Part shown: positions 1 through 10,291 of the stretch, in pieces
Numbering within the stretch: position 1 is the first letter of the stretch
Layout of the letters: each line of letters begins with the position of its first letter
Source of the DNA: Promethearchaeota archaeon
GTDB lineage: Archaea; Asgardarchaeota; Lokiarchaeia; Sigyniarchaeales; SOKP01
Length of the DNA: 64,000 nt
Assembly (NCBI GenBank): GCA_048940645.1
Contig: JBHLOI010000012.1
Span: 1-64,000, forward strand
Reading direction: 5' to 3'
Notes under the pieces: generated by a model
What the model saw: only the letters and a program-made list of their open reading frames with translations
What the model was told of the DNA's origin: nothing
The model's database searches: none
Program-made: the position numbers and the translations under genes

Positions 1-140
1 AAATTTTTTACTGAAAAACCTCTTCTTATTGCCTCAGAACCTAATTCTAAGACTTTATCTTCAAAATAATATTCATATCCGCAAGATTTACACTTATCTT
101 TATAGTATTTTTCCGGTATTCCTTGATATTTTTCATTCAT
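1..140 (-). CDS. Partial CDS running off the window edge; CxxC (zinc-ribbon-like) hypothetical protein
   Basis: ATG at 140 on the minus strand reads MNEKYQGIPEKYYKDKCKSCGYEYYFEDKVLELGSEAIRRGFSVKN, open to the window end; divergent from the 371..2608 gene. Confidence 0.55.
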   Translation of the reverse strand, partial: MNEKYQGIPEKYYKDKCKSCGYEYYFEDKVLELGSEAIRRGFSVKN

Positions 141-370
141 TATTAATCAATTAAAAAACTAGAAAACAGGTCAATAATTTCAAAAAAATTTAAAAAATTG
201 TAATATATTATAAAAATTCATTTTTTATTTTTCTTATTCCAGCTTTTTTAGGGATTCCCATAATCAAATAGAATACCATTATTTATATTTCTAATTTTTC
301 AACTTGAATTTCTCTTTCATGATAAATAATATACTTTTTCTTTAAATACTTCTGCAAAAACTTATACCTT

Positions 371-2608
371 ATGACCCAAAATACTTCGGAAAAAGATTAT
401 TTGGATTATTGCACCTACTGTGGAGCAAAATTGTCAACTGAAATTCTATCAATACTTGAAAAGAGTATGAATCCAGTATATTGTGAATTTTGCGGAGCAG
501 AAATAAAAAAAGTAGAATATGCTGATATTCCAAAATCATTAGCTCTAGGGAGTGAAAATACTTCAGATTTAGCCGTATTCAATACCAATGACTCTAAATC
601 AACTCTAAGCCCTCTTGGAGAAATTTATTTTGATCCCGACTTTTCTAAGACCTTTAAAGACAACTTAATGATAGTGATTGCCCGGATTATCTATTATAAC
701 ATGAATAAGTTCTATGATATTGAAGATCTGAAAAACAGCGATATTGAATTATCTGAATCTGCTCTTAATGAAATCGCAGATACATTGGAACCGCTTACTA
801 ATAAACGAATAAGAATTAATTTTTATGGCAAGTTAAAGGATATCTCAATAAAAAAGTTTGAAAAACTACTTAAGAAATTACAATTAAAAATTCAATCTGA
901 TCAGAAATATCATGAAAAATTCATAGTATATTTACGCTGGCTAATCTCTATTGTGTTTAAATTAATCACTGAAAGATGGGACGCTCGAATTTTACCTAGT
1001 TTTGAAAATACAATTCTTAAGGACCTTAAAAGTTATGGATTTAATTCATATAGCGAGCAATTTGAATATGATGAATTAATTGAAAAATTCCTACATTACA
1101 CCCATGAAATTAAGTTTATAAAAAATCTCATTAAAAAATTTAATGAACAGGGGTTGTGGATAAAAAATTTTTGTCCTACTCAAACATTCATAGATTACTT
1201 GAAAGAAAAATTAACACAATTAGAAGAAGGTTTTAAAAATAACGTTTCGAATAATGCTAAAACCCAGACGGAATTAATTTCTGCATATCTCACTATTATA
1301 ACAAAAATCAAAGAGAAAGATGCCTTACTTAAAGCAATTAAGAATCTTATCTCGAGAAATAAAGGAAAATATAACGCATACGATATTCAAAAATGGCTCT
1401 TGATAACTGACGCTGCTGCTCGTAACCAGCTAAAAAGGATGTTCCCCAAAGAAAAATATCAAGAATATGTTCGAACACAAACACATGTCACTATAGAAAC
1501 CATTGAGGAAATCGCAGAAAGGAAGCGGGGTAAATTTCATACAAAAAATATCAAAACCGCCAAGTCGAAAATACATCTCGAGTGTGCAGAAGGACACCAT
1601 TTTTTTACTACGTACGATAGCGTGGTTTATCAGGGCACGTGGTGTCCAGATTGTCACATATATATTAGTGAGACCATTTGTAGGAGATTTTTCGAAAAAA
1701 TATTTAAAGTACCGTTCCCGAAGAGTTATCCCATATGGCTGACCAATAAAAACGGAAACCAAATGGAACTCGATGGATATAATAAAGAACTAGGATTAGC
1801 CTTTGAATATCAAGGAATTCAACATCGTAAAAAAGCATTTAACATGACTGATGATGATTTAAAAAACTTACAGGAAGAAGATGCCCTCAAACTAAAATTA
1901 TGTAAGAAAAATGGGGTGATTCTCCTTCAAATTCCCGATGATGAAATTATACCCTATGATAAAATGCAAGAATATATTGAAGAAGAATATAAAAGAAAAA
2001 CTGAAGCCTCTCTTAAAGACATTCCTAAATATGATTACAAAGAATTTATAATCTATGAAAATAAATACGCTAAAAAATTTCGAGCATATGTCGAAAAGAA
2101 AGGTGGGACTTTACTAACACCATATTTCTCAGCAAGAAAAGAAGTCACACTTATGTGTGAAAAAGGACATAAGTGGCTTACCACACCAGATTCCATATAT
2201 CGAAATAATTGGTGCTCAGAATGTGCTGGAAATAAAAAAGGATCAAGAGACTATTTTCGAAAGCTAGGAGTAAAGTTCAATTGTGAATTAATTAGTGATT
2301 ACGTTAATGCTAGAGAGTCGCTATGGTATAGATGTCAAAATGGGCACAAGTTTAAAAGAACACCATATTGGCTAAAAAGATCTAATAAAGAAATTGACAT
2401 CCTATGTCCGAAATGTAAAAGGGATTATTATGCAAAAAGATTTCAGGATTTTGTCAATAATAAAGGAGGTTATCTTATAACGCCCTATAAAGGGCGATTT
2501 AAACCTTTAAAAATCAAATGTAAAAATAATCACGTGTGGGAAACTACCCCAGGAGCTATATATCAAGGAGGTTGGTGTACATCTTGTAAAAAAAATGAAA
2601 AAACGTAA
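371..2608 (+). CDS. Multi-zinc-finger PD-(D/E)xK/Vsr-like endonuclease fusion protein
   Basis: N-terminal double CxxC (CTYCG, CEFCG); four C-x3-H...C-x2-C repeats (CAEGH..WCPDC, CEKGH..WCSEC, CQNGH..CPKC, CKNNH..WCTSC); nuclease-like motif SETIC...ELDGYNKELGLAFEYQGIQH. Confidence 0.7.
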   Translation: MTQNTSEKDYLDYCTYCGAKLSTEILSILEKSMNPVYCEFCGAEIKKVEYADIPKSLALGSENTSDLAVFNTNDSKSTLSPLGEIYFDPDFSKTFKDNLMIVIARIIYYNMNKFYDIEDLKNSDIELSESALNEIADTLEPLTNKRIRINFYGKLKDISIKKFEKLLKKLQLKIQSDQKYHEKFIVYLRWLISIVFKLITERWDARILPSFENTILKDLKSYGFNSYSEQFEYDELIEKFLHYTHEIKFIKNLIKKFNEQGLWIKNFCPTQTFIDYLKEKLTQLEEGFKNNVSNNAKTQTELISAYLTIITKIKEKDALLKAIKNLISRNKGKYNAYDIQKWLLITDAAARNQLKRMFPKEKYQEYVRTQTHVTIETIEEIAERKRGKFHTKNIKTAKSKIHLECAEGHHFFTTYDSVVYQGTWCPDCHIYISETICRRFFEKIFKVPFPKSYPIWLTNKNGNQMELDGYNKELGLAFEYQGIQHRKKAFNMTDDDLKNLQEEDALKLKLCKKNGVILLQIPDDEIIPYDKMQEYIEEEYKRKTEASLKDIPKYDYKEFIIYENKYAKKFRAYVEKKGGTLLTPYFSARKEVTLMCEKGHKWLTTPDSIYRNNWCSECAGNKKGSRDYFRKLGVKFNCELISDYVNARESLWYRCQNGHKFKRTPYWLKRSNKEIDILCPKCKRDYYAKRFQDFVNNKGGYLITPYKGRFKPLKIKCKNNHVWETTPGAIYQGGWCTSCKKNEKT

Positions 2609-2674
2609 TTTATTCTAATTCTCTCCTCCATTAGTCGGAATCTTAGGAGAAGTTAATACTCAATTTTCTTTTAC

Positions 2675-5600
2675 TTAATTTTCTTCTACATTTGTAGGAA
2701 CCTCTGATATATTTAAAAGGCGCTTCGCCTCTTGTTCTAAATCAACACTAAACACATCAGTTATTCCAGATTGTTGCATGGATACTCCATATATCCTGTC
2801 CGCATTTACAATATTCTCCTCACGATGACTAATTACGAGGAATTGTGCCTCTCGTGAAAGCTCTCTCAGCAGCATGGAAACTCTGTGCACATTTGGACCA
2901 TCCAATTGAGCATCTACCTCATCGAGAATATAAAAGGGAGCAGGATAGAACTCTTGTATGGAAAAGATAAACGAGAGAGCCACGAGTGTCTTTTCTCCAC
3001 CGCTAAGAATTTCCAAGCTCGAGATTTTTTTTCCGCGTGGTCGAGCTTCAATGCTTACACCTCCTTCAAATGGTTTATCTGGTCTATCTAATATCATTTT
3101 AGCTGAGCCTCCGGGACTTAGTTTCTGAAAAATTCTACTAAATTCTCTATTAATTTCATGATACGCTTTCATAAAAGTCCTAGTTTTTTCTAATTCAATT
3201 TTTTCAATAGCATCTAAGATTGCTTTTCTTTCTCTTTGAATTGTTTGTCTACGCATATCTATCTCATCGAATCTTTCTTTAACTGTATCAAATTGTTCAA
3301 TTGCTTTTAAATTAACAGGTTCAAGAGCCTTCTTCTTACTATTAGCTTCATTAATATCTGTTTGTAGACCTGTTTCCGATAAATCATCGGTTACTTGTGG
3401 TAAGGAACCATAATCCTTTGATCTATGGTACAATGTTTCAATTTGATCTGTAGTCATGATTTTTTGGGATTCATAATTGTTTAATTTGGAATTTTCCATT
3501 GAAAGATCAGATTTTAAGTTATTTACAATTTTTTGATATGATTTTTGCTTTTTCCAAGATTCGTCCTTTTGATTAATGAAATCATCAATTTCTTCTTGCT
3601 TTAAACGTTTCTTTTCATTTTCACTATTTAAATTTTCTTTTACTTTTTTAATATCTTCTACCAATGATTTGATTTGTTTTTCGGTGTTTTTTATCTCTTC
3701 ATTTAGTGAAAATATTTTTTGTTCGCGCTCTTTATTTTTATTCAATTCGTTAAGTTTTTTCTGAGATTTTTGTAGATCCTTATTAAATTTATTCAATTTA
3801 CTTTGAGTCTTTTTTTGGGCTTCAAGCTCCTTGTTTTTCTCTTCGCGAATATGATCAATTTCTTTTTGAACTTCATCTACTTTTTTTTGAATATTTTCAA
3901 CTTGGGAATTGAATTCTTCAATATCTTTTTTACATACATCAATATTTTTATTGGCTTCGATGTTTTCTTTTGTTAATTCTTCGATGGAATTTATCATCAT
4001 CATAATATTTTCTAGAGCTCTAAGTTGATCCATTTTTTCCTCTAATTTCTTGTTATATTCTTCAGTTTCCTTTCTTATTTTCTCAATATTTACCCAATAA
4101 TTCTCTTTTTCAGTTATTAATTTTTCAATATTTTTATCCAGATTAGATTGCTCTAAGTTTAGATTTTTAATATTTTCTTCATTTATATTTATTACTTCTT
4201 TCTTTTCCTCTATGGATTTGTTTAATTCTTTAACATTGTCTTCAATTTCTAGAACATTTTCAAATAGATTCTGAATCCCCCGAAGATCTTGTAATTTTGT
4301 TTGTAATTCTTCTAATTCTTTCTGTTTTTCGTCAAGTTGTAATTGAATTGCTGAAGAATTATCCCAATATTCATTTTTAAGGTTTTTTAATTTTTCTATC
4401 TCAGTTTTATAATCTTCTTTTTGTTTTTCATCAATCAAACTAGTTCTTTTTCGGATTTCGTCATCAGATTGTAAATTTAATTTATTTATTTCAGCTATTC
4501 TTTTATTAATTTCCTCAAGTCTTTGATTAAAGAGTATTAAATTATCTGAATCATTTTTCTCTTGTGTACTAAATTCAGTTAATTTCATATCAACTTTATT
4601 TAAATCTTCATTTTGTGAACTGATATTTTCGGAAATTTCCTCTAATTGTCTATATAATTCTTGACTCTTAGACATTGTTAATTTCCTTAAGGAGAGATAT
4701 ACGTTTTCTAGAATTTCCATTAGATCTTGCACAAAACTATCAAAAGTAGATGTAGATTGTTGAATTTCAACATCTGCAGATTCTTTAACTCTATTAATTA
4801 ACTGATCTAATGTTAAATCAACATTTTCGGTAAATAAAGTTAAAGTTTGTAAAATTGAGCTGAGCATTTGGGACATTTCTGATTTTTCTCCTTCATCATC
4901 GGTGACCCCCTCAACAGTTTTCATTATATCTACAACATCCAATACAAATTTCTTAAAATCTTCAGCAGAAGTTTCAATAGCTTCCGCATTTGACTGCTGA
5001 ATGTTACTTTTTATAGATTCGACAGAGATATTAATATTTTGAGTCAGCATATTTAAAATTTGGAGAATTCCTGTAATATCTTCAGTATTTCTCTCATATT
5101 CTTTTTCTGAGTTTTCAATTTTTGATAATAAATTTTCTTTTTCAGACGTTAAATCATCTAAACGTTTAGTGATATTTTGCTTTCGAGTTTCAAGATTTTT
5201 TCTCTCGCTTTCAATTTGAGAAAGACTTTTATTTAAACTACTAACTTTTAAACTTAAATCTCGTTTCTCACGCTCTAGATTTGTTAATTCTCTTTTAGAT
5301 AGTTTTAATTTAGTATTTATATTATCTATTTTTGCTCTATTATCAAATATTTCAGATTGGATTGAATCTTGCTTCAATATTAACAGTTCTAATTCTTGTT
5401 CATTCTTTCTGTATGTAGAATCTTCAAGTTTTGCTTTTTCCTTAAGATTCTCCAAATTTTTGATAATAATTTCTCTATTATCCATCAATTCTTTTAAAAT
5501 TGATTCAGTTTCTTTTCCCTTGCTTAATTCTTTAATTTTATTTTCAATGGATAATTTTCTACTGTTTAATTTTTGGATTCTATCTTTATTGATTTTAATT

Positions 5601-7123
5601 TCAGTATTTATCGAAGATAAGCTAGATTGTAATTCTGCGGATTTTGAATTCAGTTGATATTTTTGTTCTTGTAATTCCTTAATTTTCGTTTCTAATTCTT
5701 TTTGTTTTTGATTTTCTTTTGTGATGTTTCCTTTCAATTCGTTAATCTTTTTCCTTAAATCTCCTTCTTCTTTTTTTACTACATTTATTGCTTCATCGAT
5801 ACTTTCTGCTTCTCCCTTTAATTTATTTAGATCAGTTTCCAACTTTTGTTTCTTTTCTTCATTCTTTATGATGTTTTCTTTAAAAATTTTAATTTGGGCT
5901 TTATTAGAAGAAATATTTTGCTTTAAGTTTGAGATATCGGTTTTGTGAGACGATTTTACATCTTCATTTTCGCTTATTTTTAAATCGAGTTCTGTTTGAC
6001 TTTGTTGCTTGAGTTCAATATTTTTTTTTGCATCTTCAATTTGATTTTCTAATTCAAGGATTTGATTATTTTCAGTTTCAATTAACGAGTCAAACGTCAG
6101 ACCCTCTTCAAGCTCCATTTGTAAATTTTCTAAACTTTTTATTTCTTGAGATAACTTCTCAATTGATTTATTAGCTAAATCCAATGTAGTTTGATTAGAG
6201 GATAACTGAGTTTTCAATTGGGTTATATTTTCATTTATTAACTCTCGATCTTTTTCTTTTTCTGTAATTGTCTTCTGTATATTATCCATTACTAAAGATT
6301 CTTGCTTTAAAACCTCTTCTTGTCGTGTTACTTTTTCTTGTAATTCCTCAATAAGTTTATTTGATTCTTCAATTTTTTTTTCCAATTCCTCTTCTTGATC
6401 TCTTAATTTTGAAATTTTTAACGCAATTAATTGGGCATTATAAAATTTGATTTTTTCATCCAATTCTTTCCAAGCCAAAGCATCGCTTTTCTCTTTTTCT
6501 ACTTTTTTAAGTTGTGAAGATACTTCTTTGAAAATTGCTTCGAATTGACCTAAATCTCTCTCTGCTTTTTCTAATTCTTTTAAAGTAGAATCCTTCATCT
6601 CATCATATTTCTGTAATCCAATTAGTTCCTCAATAAAAATTCTACGTCCTTCGGTATTCATGTGAGTCAATTCTACTATTTTACCTTGTAATACAAACTG
6701 ATTAGATCCATCTGGGTCTACATTTGCAGTCGCCAGAGCATTAAGAATTTGCTGTCGTGTGACTTTTTTCCCGTTCATTTTGTATCCTCCTCCACCACCC
6801 CGTTTTATAGTTCGAGTTATTTGAAACTCATCCCCTCCTCCAGGAAAGATCTTCTCTGAATTATCAAAAAACATAGTTACTGCTGCTCTTTGTGATGGAT
6901 TTTTACCTCTAGAACCTGCAAAAATAAGATCCTCGAGACTTTTTGCTCTCATTGTTTTTTTACTCAATCTTCCTAAAGCAAAACATAGAGCATCAATAAT
7001 ATTTGATTTTCCTGCACCGTTAGGTCCTACTATACAAGTAAATCCACTTGAAAGTCGAATAGTCACTGTTCTATCTCCAAAGGATTTAAATCCAGTCATA
7101 GAAATTTTTTTGATATAAGTCAA
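2675..7123 (-). CDS. smc: SMC-family chromosome segregation ATPase (1482 aa, atypical apex with no recognisable hinge)
   Basis: GFKSF N-terminus, Walker A GPNGAGKSN, Q-loop FVLQG, long coiled coils, PVNLKAIE, signature LSGGEK, Walker B/D-loop ILDEVDAQLD, ISH. Confidence 0.93.
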   Translation of the reverse strand: MTYIKKISMTGFKSFGDRTVTIRLSSGFTCIVGPNGAGKSNIIDALCFALGRLSKKTMRAKSLEDLIFAGSRGKNPSQRAAVTMFFDNSEKIFPGGGDEFQITRTIKRGGGGGYKMNGKKVTRQQILNALATANVDPDGSNQFVLQGKIVELTHMNTEGRRIFIEELIGLQKYDEMKDSTLKELEKAERDLGQFEAIFKEVSSQLKKVEKEKSDALAWKELDEKIKFYNAQLIALKISKLRDQEEELEKKIEESNKLIEELQEKVTRQEEVLKQESLVMDNIQKTITEKEKDRELINENITQLKTQLSSNQTTLDLANKSIEKLSQEIKSLENLQMELEEGLTFDSLIETENNQILELENQIEDAKKNIELKQQSQTELDLKISENEDVKSSHKTDISNLKQNISSNKAQIKIFKENIIKNEEKKQKLETDLNKLKGEAESIDEAINVVKKEEGDLRKKINELKGNITKENQKQKELETKIKELQEQKYQLNSKSAELQSSLSSINTEIKINKDRIQKLNSRKLSIENKIKELSKGKETESILKELMDNREIIIKNLENLKEKAKLEDSTYRKNEQELELLILKQDSIQSEIFDNRAKIDNINTKLKLSKRELTNLEREKRDLSLKVSSLNKSLSQIESERKNLETRKQNITKRLDDLTSEKENLLSKIENSEKEYERNTEDITGILQILNMLTQNINISVESIKSNIQQSNAEAIETSAEDFKKFVLDVVDIMKTVEGVTDDEGEKSEMSQMLSSILQTLTLFTENVDLTLDQLINRVKESADVEIQQSTSTFDSFVQDLMEILENVYLSLRKLTMSKSQELYRQLEEISENISSQNEDLNKVDMKLTEFSTQEKNDSDNLILFNQRLEEINKRIAEINKLNLQSDDEIRKRTSLIDEKQKEDYKTEIEKLKNLKNEYWDNSSAIQLQLDEKQKELEELQTKLQDLRGIQNLFENVLEIEDNVKELNKSIEEKKEVININEENIKNLNLEQSNLDKNIEKLITEKENYWVNIEKIRKETEEYNKKLEEKMDQLRALENIMMMINSIEELTKENIEANKNIDVCKKDIEEFNSQVENIQKKVDEVQKEIDHIREEKNKELEAQKKTQSKLNKFNKDLQKSQKKLNELNKNKEREQKIFSLNEEIKNTEKQIKSLVEDIKKVKENLNSENEKKRLKQEEIDDFINQKDESWKKQKSYQKIVNNLKSDLSMENSKLNNYESQKIMTTDQIETLYHRSKDYGSLPQVTDDLSETGLQTDINEANSKKKALEPVNLKAIEQFDTVKERFDEIDMRRQTIQRERKAILDAIEKIELEKTRTFMKAYHEINREFSRIFQKLSPGGSAKMILDRPDKPFEGGVSIEARPRGKKISSLEILSGGEKTLVALSFIFSIQEFYPAPFYILDEVDAQLDGPNVHRVSMLLRELSREAQFLVISHREENIVNADRIYGVSMQQSGITDVFSVDLEQEAKRLLNISEVPTNVEEN

Positions 7124-7292
7124 AATATTAACTCCATTTCATTAGTTCTTTAGAATAAAGAATAAACATATCTATATATATACTCTTCATTCAAATAGAA
7201 AAGATTTTGCATTTTACTTAAAATTAGTTGTAATTAGAATTATCCAAATTAAACATTTGGATATATCTACAAAGAAAAAAATTATTTAGTCA

Positions 7293-8486
7293 TCAAAATT
7301 TGTTAAATATTGCATCTACAATAGCTTTAAGTTGTTTTGGATTTATTGCCATAAAATAGAAGTTATAATTTAATATATCATTTTGATCAGAATTTAATAT
7401 GGTTTGATTACTTTTTTTTGAGAAACTCAAAACTCCGATACTATGTAATGCTTTAATTAATTCATTAAATTCACCTATTCTTTTATTATATTCTAATGAT
7501 TCACAGGATATATAGTATAGTTCCTTTAATTCATCTATTGTTATATAATAATTAGGTCTTTTTAAAAAGAAATTCGCTAAGTTATCAAGAAAGATTAGAG
7601 TTAATATATCTTCTTCAGAAATATAAGTTAACATGGCAAATTCATCTGATAGGTGAATTGAATCAAATTGATTTTGAAGTATTTCAATAATCTCCAGATT
7701 ATTTATAATATTTTGACGAGCTAATATTGGATATAATTCTCTTAATATCTCAACTCCTTTTCCCGGTACAGGAACATAATGTTCAAAAATCAAATCAGTT
7801 ATAAATTCAATTAATTCTTTATCAATTCCATTGATGAAGGTTAAAGCAACTCGTTGTTCAATAATATCAAGAAGTTCTTGGTAATTGTAATAGTTTAATT
7901 TTTTTTTAATATCAAATTCATTAATTAAGTCTAGAGTTTTAGGTTTCAATACTTTATTTACAGTTGAAATTGAGTTTATTTTTGATTCTTTTCCATAGTG
8001 TAAGAATTTTTTATAATATTCTGGTTTTAAATGCTCTCCATTGTTGAAAATAAAGATTAAATTTTTTCTAGTTTTGTTACAGATTAGTTTGAAAATATTC
8101 CATAATTCAGATAAATTACAATTGAGGAATTGAAGATAATCAACTTCAATATTGATAAAACTGCTAATATCAGTTATAATGGAGAAAATAATCTCATGAA
8201 TGCTTTTTTCTTTACAATCTATTGGAATTTTTATGAAATCTATAAAATTTTCTTCCTTTTTAAGTAGATCTTGTATGACTTTATTAATAATTACTTTTTT
8301 ACCAATTCCTTGGATACCTTGGTATAATACATTTAAACTAAACTCATCTGATACTGAATCTTTCAGAATTGAATACAAGTTGACTTCTTCTTTCTTCCTA
8401 TGTAAAATTTCAGGAGGAACATAATTAGGATCAAAAATAGCTTTTGGTCCAATACAAAAGTTCATAGATTTTGATTTTCCAATCAT
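7293..8486 (-). CDS. Orc1/Cdc6-like AAA+ protein with degenerate ATPase motifs
   Basis: FDPNYVPPEILHRKKE matches the Cdc6/Orc1 N-terminus; Walker A-like GIQGIGKK; Walker B position reads FIFNNGE; YNYQELLDIIEQR; C-terminal winged-helix-like region. Confidence 0.75.
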   Translation of the reverse strand: MIGKSKSMNFCIGPKAIFDPNYVPPEILHRKKEEVNLYSILKDSVSDEFSLNVLYQGIQGIGKKVIINKVIQDLLKKEENFIDFIKIPIDCKEKSIHEIIFSIITDISSFINIEVDYLQFLNCNLSELWNIFKLICNKTRKNLIFIFNNGEHLKPEYYKKFLHYGKESKINSISTVNKVLKPKTLDLINEFDIKKKLNYYNYQELLDIIEQRVALTFINGIDKELIEFITDLIFEHYVPVPGKGVEILRELYPILARQNIINNLEIIEILQNQFDSIHLSDEFAMLTYISEEDILTLIFLDNLANFFLKRPNYYITIDELKELYYISCESLEYNKRIGEFNELIKALHSIGVLSFSKKSNQTILNSDQNDILNYNFYFMAINPKQLKAIVDAIFNKF

Positions 8487-8609
8487 TTTTTTTATTTTAG
8501 TTTTTGTTTTATATTCTAATAATTTATATTTAAACCCCCCCAGAGAGAGGGATCATAAGAAGTAAAAATAAAGATCTAAGCTATTAAATCTGAAGAATTC
8601 TATAGATAA

Positions 8610-9422
8610 TTAAATTTTTTTTACATTGATCTTATTTTTTTCTTTAATTTCCTTAAATCTTAATTTTCTAATCTTTCTTGGAAAGCTTAAATCAATATAA
8701 TCATAAAGATAGCCATTTGAATTGAAAGGACCTTCAGTAATTTTTAATTTTGATGGTGAAATATGGCCCTTAATGAATGAAATAATTTTACTATTTCCAG
8801 GAAACTTTCTTTTAAAGAAATATCCAAAAGTGTTACACCCCACTACAGGTATTCTGTTTTCAAGTGCACGCGCTCTTAAATAAATCTCCCAATTCTCCAT
8901 CCCTTCTTCTCTTATTTGCGTTGGAGAGAATAGAATATCTGCGCCATATTCAGCAGCTAATCTTGGAGTCTCAAAAAAAGCCATATCAAAACATATTAAA
9001 ATTGAAAAATTATTAGAATCGAGTTTAAAAATTTTTAATTCTTGGCTTGATTCAAATTCTTGTTTTTCGTATGAATAAAGATGAATCTTATCTTGGCGTC
9101 CAATTTCTTCTCCACGATTATTAAAATAATAACTTGTGATAGCAGGTTTAAATATTTTCTTTCTTTTTTCCCAAATTGCTCCAGAAATAATATTAATACT
9201 ATATTCATGCGCAAGTTTCTTAATAAATAAATAGTCTGAACCTCTTTCCTCTTGAAAATTATTCGAAAAATTTAAATCAAAAGGAACCCAACGCTCTGGT
9301 AAACAAACAATATCAAGTTTTTGATGGTCTTCAATCAATTTTTTCAATATTGTTTCTACTTCAAAATAGCATTTTTCTCTATTTTGAAGAACCTGTGGTT
9401 GAATACAAGCAACATTAATCAT
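8610..9422 (-). CDS. Carbon-nitrogen hydrolase (nitrilase superfamily)
   Basis: Catalytic triad motifs VCLPE, DKIHL, ICFD; RARALEN. Confidence 0.9.
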   Translation of the reverse strand: MINVACIQPQVLQNREKCYFEVETILKKLIEDHQKLDIVCLPERWVPFDLNFSNNFQEERGSDYLFIKKLAHEYSINIISGAIWEKRKKIFKPAITSYYFNNRGEEIGRQDKIHLYSYEKQEFESSQELKIFKLDSNNFSILICFDMAFFETPRLAAEYGADILFSPTQIREEGMENWEIYLRARALENRIPVVGCNTFGYFFKRKFPGNSKIISFIKGHISPSKLKITEGPFNSNGYLYDYIDLSFPRKIRKLRFKEIKEKNKINVKKI

Positions 9423-9430
9423 ACTGATTA

Positions 9431-10177
9431 TTATAAAGGATTATGTTTATTAATTTCTTCAATAACTGAAAGTATTTGGTTTAAATTTGTTATTTCATAA
9501 TCGGGTTTAAATTCAACTGATATGTTTTGACCAGTTTTAAATGTATCATATTTCCCACCTCGATGTATATAGATGCTATGAATATTATTTAACTTAGCTG
9601 GAACGATATCCTTGTAGATATTATCGCCAATATAAATCGTTTCCTTTCCATTAACTCCAAATTTTTTTAAAAAAAAAGAAAATAGCTTCGGATTGGGTTT
9701 ACGTATTCCAATTTCATCTGAAATTACGACTAAATCTATCATATCTTCAATATTTAATCTTAAAATCTTTTCATATTGTTTTATTGGAATACCGTCAGTA
9801 ATAATAGCAGTTTTTATATATAGATTTTTTAATTTCTTTAAACAGGGCATTACGTCATCGTATAATTTAATATATTTTATTTTTTGAGCATGATAGGCCA
9901 TTACTGCTGCTGCGATATATTTATATTGCTCAGTAAAAGAAATTGAAAGCTTTTCTATTTCATTTAATCTTCTGATGAAATAATCATAGTGTCTAGATGA
10001 ATTTGAACCATATTCTTCTACGATTTCTTTTATTAAAAGGATTGCTTTCTCGCGATCTATATCTAACCCCAAATTTATCATCGCATCTATTCCTTTTATT
10101 CTAGCTTTTTCAGAAAGTCCCGTTGAATCAAAAAGACAATCATCCAAGTCAAAACCTACTAATTTAATAGCACACAT
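9431..10177 (-). CDS. HAD-superfamily hydrolase (archaeal TIGR02253-like)
   Basis: FDLDD motif I, ITDG, KP, YIGD..KD motif IV. Confidence 0.9.
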   Translation of the reverse strand: MCAIKLVGFDLDDCLFDSTGLSEKARIKGIDAMINLGLDIDREKAILLIKEIVEEYGSNSSRHYDYFIRRLNEIEKLSISFTEQYKYIAAAVMAYHAQKIKYIKLYDDVMPCLKKLKNLYIKTAIITDGIPIKQYEKILRLNIEDMIDLVVISDEIGIRKPNPKLFSFFLKKFGVNGKETIYIGDNIYKDIVPAKLNNIHSIYIHRGGKYDTFKTGQNISVEFKPDYEITNLNQILSVIEEINKHNPL

Positions 10178-10291
10178 GTTTGTTAGTTAAATAATAACTC
10201 TATTGATATTTATAATTAATAGATGTTAAACCAAAGATAAATTTATTATTACTATAAATATCAAAAAAAATAACAAAAACAAAATTAATTT

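Noticed and set aside
2609-2674. Short CTCCT/AGGAG inverted repeat between convergent genes
   Set aside because: Most simply a terminator-like or chance stem; too short to support an ncRNA call.
7124-7292. Replication origin adjacent to the Orc1/Cdc6-like gene
   Set aside because: No convincing TCCA.TGGAAA ORB on either side of this gene; the good ORB matches are at 50603-50781.
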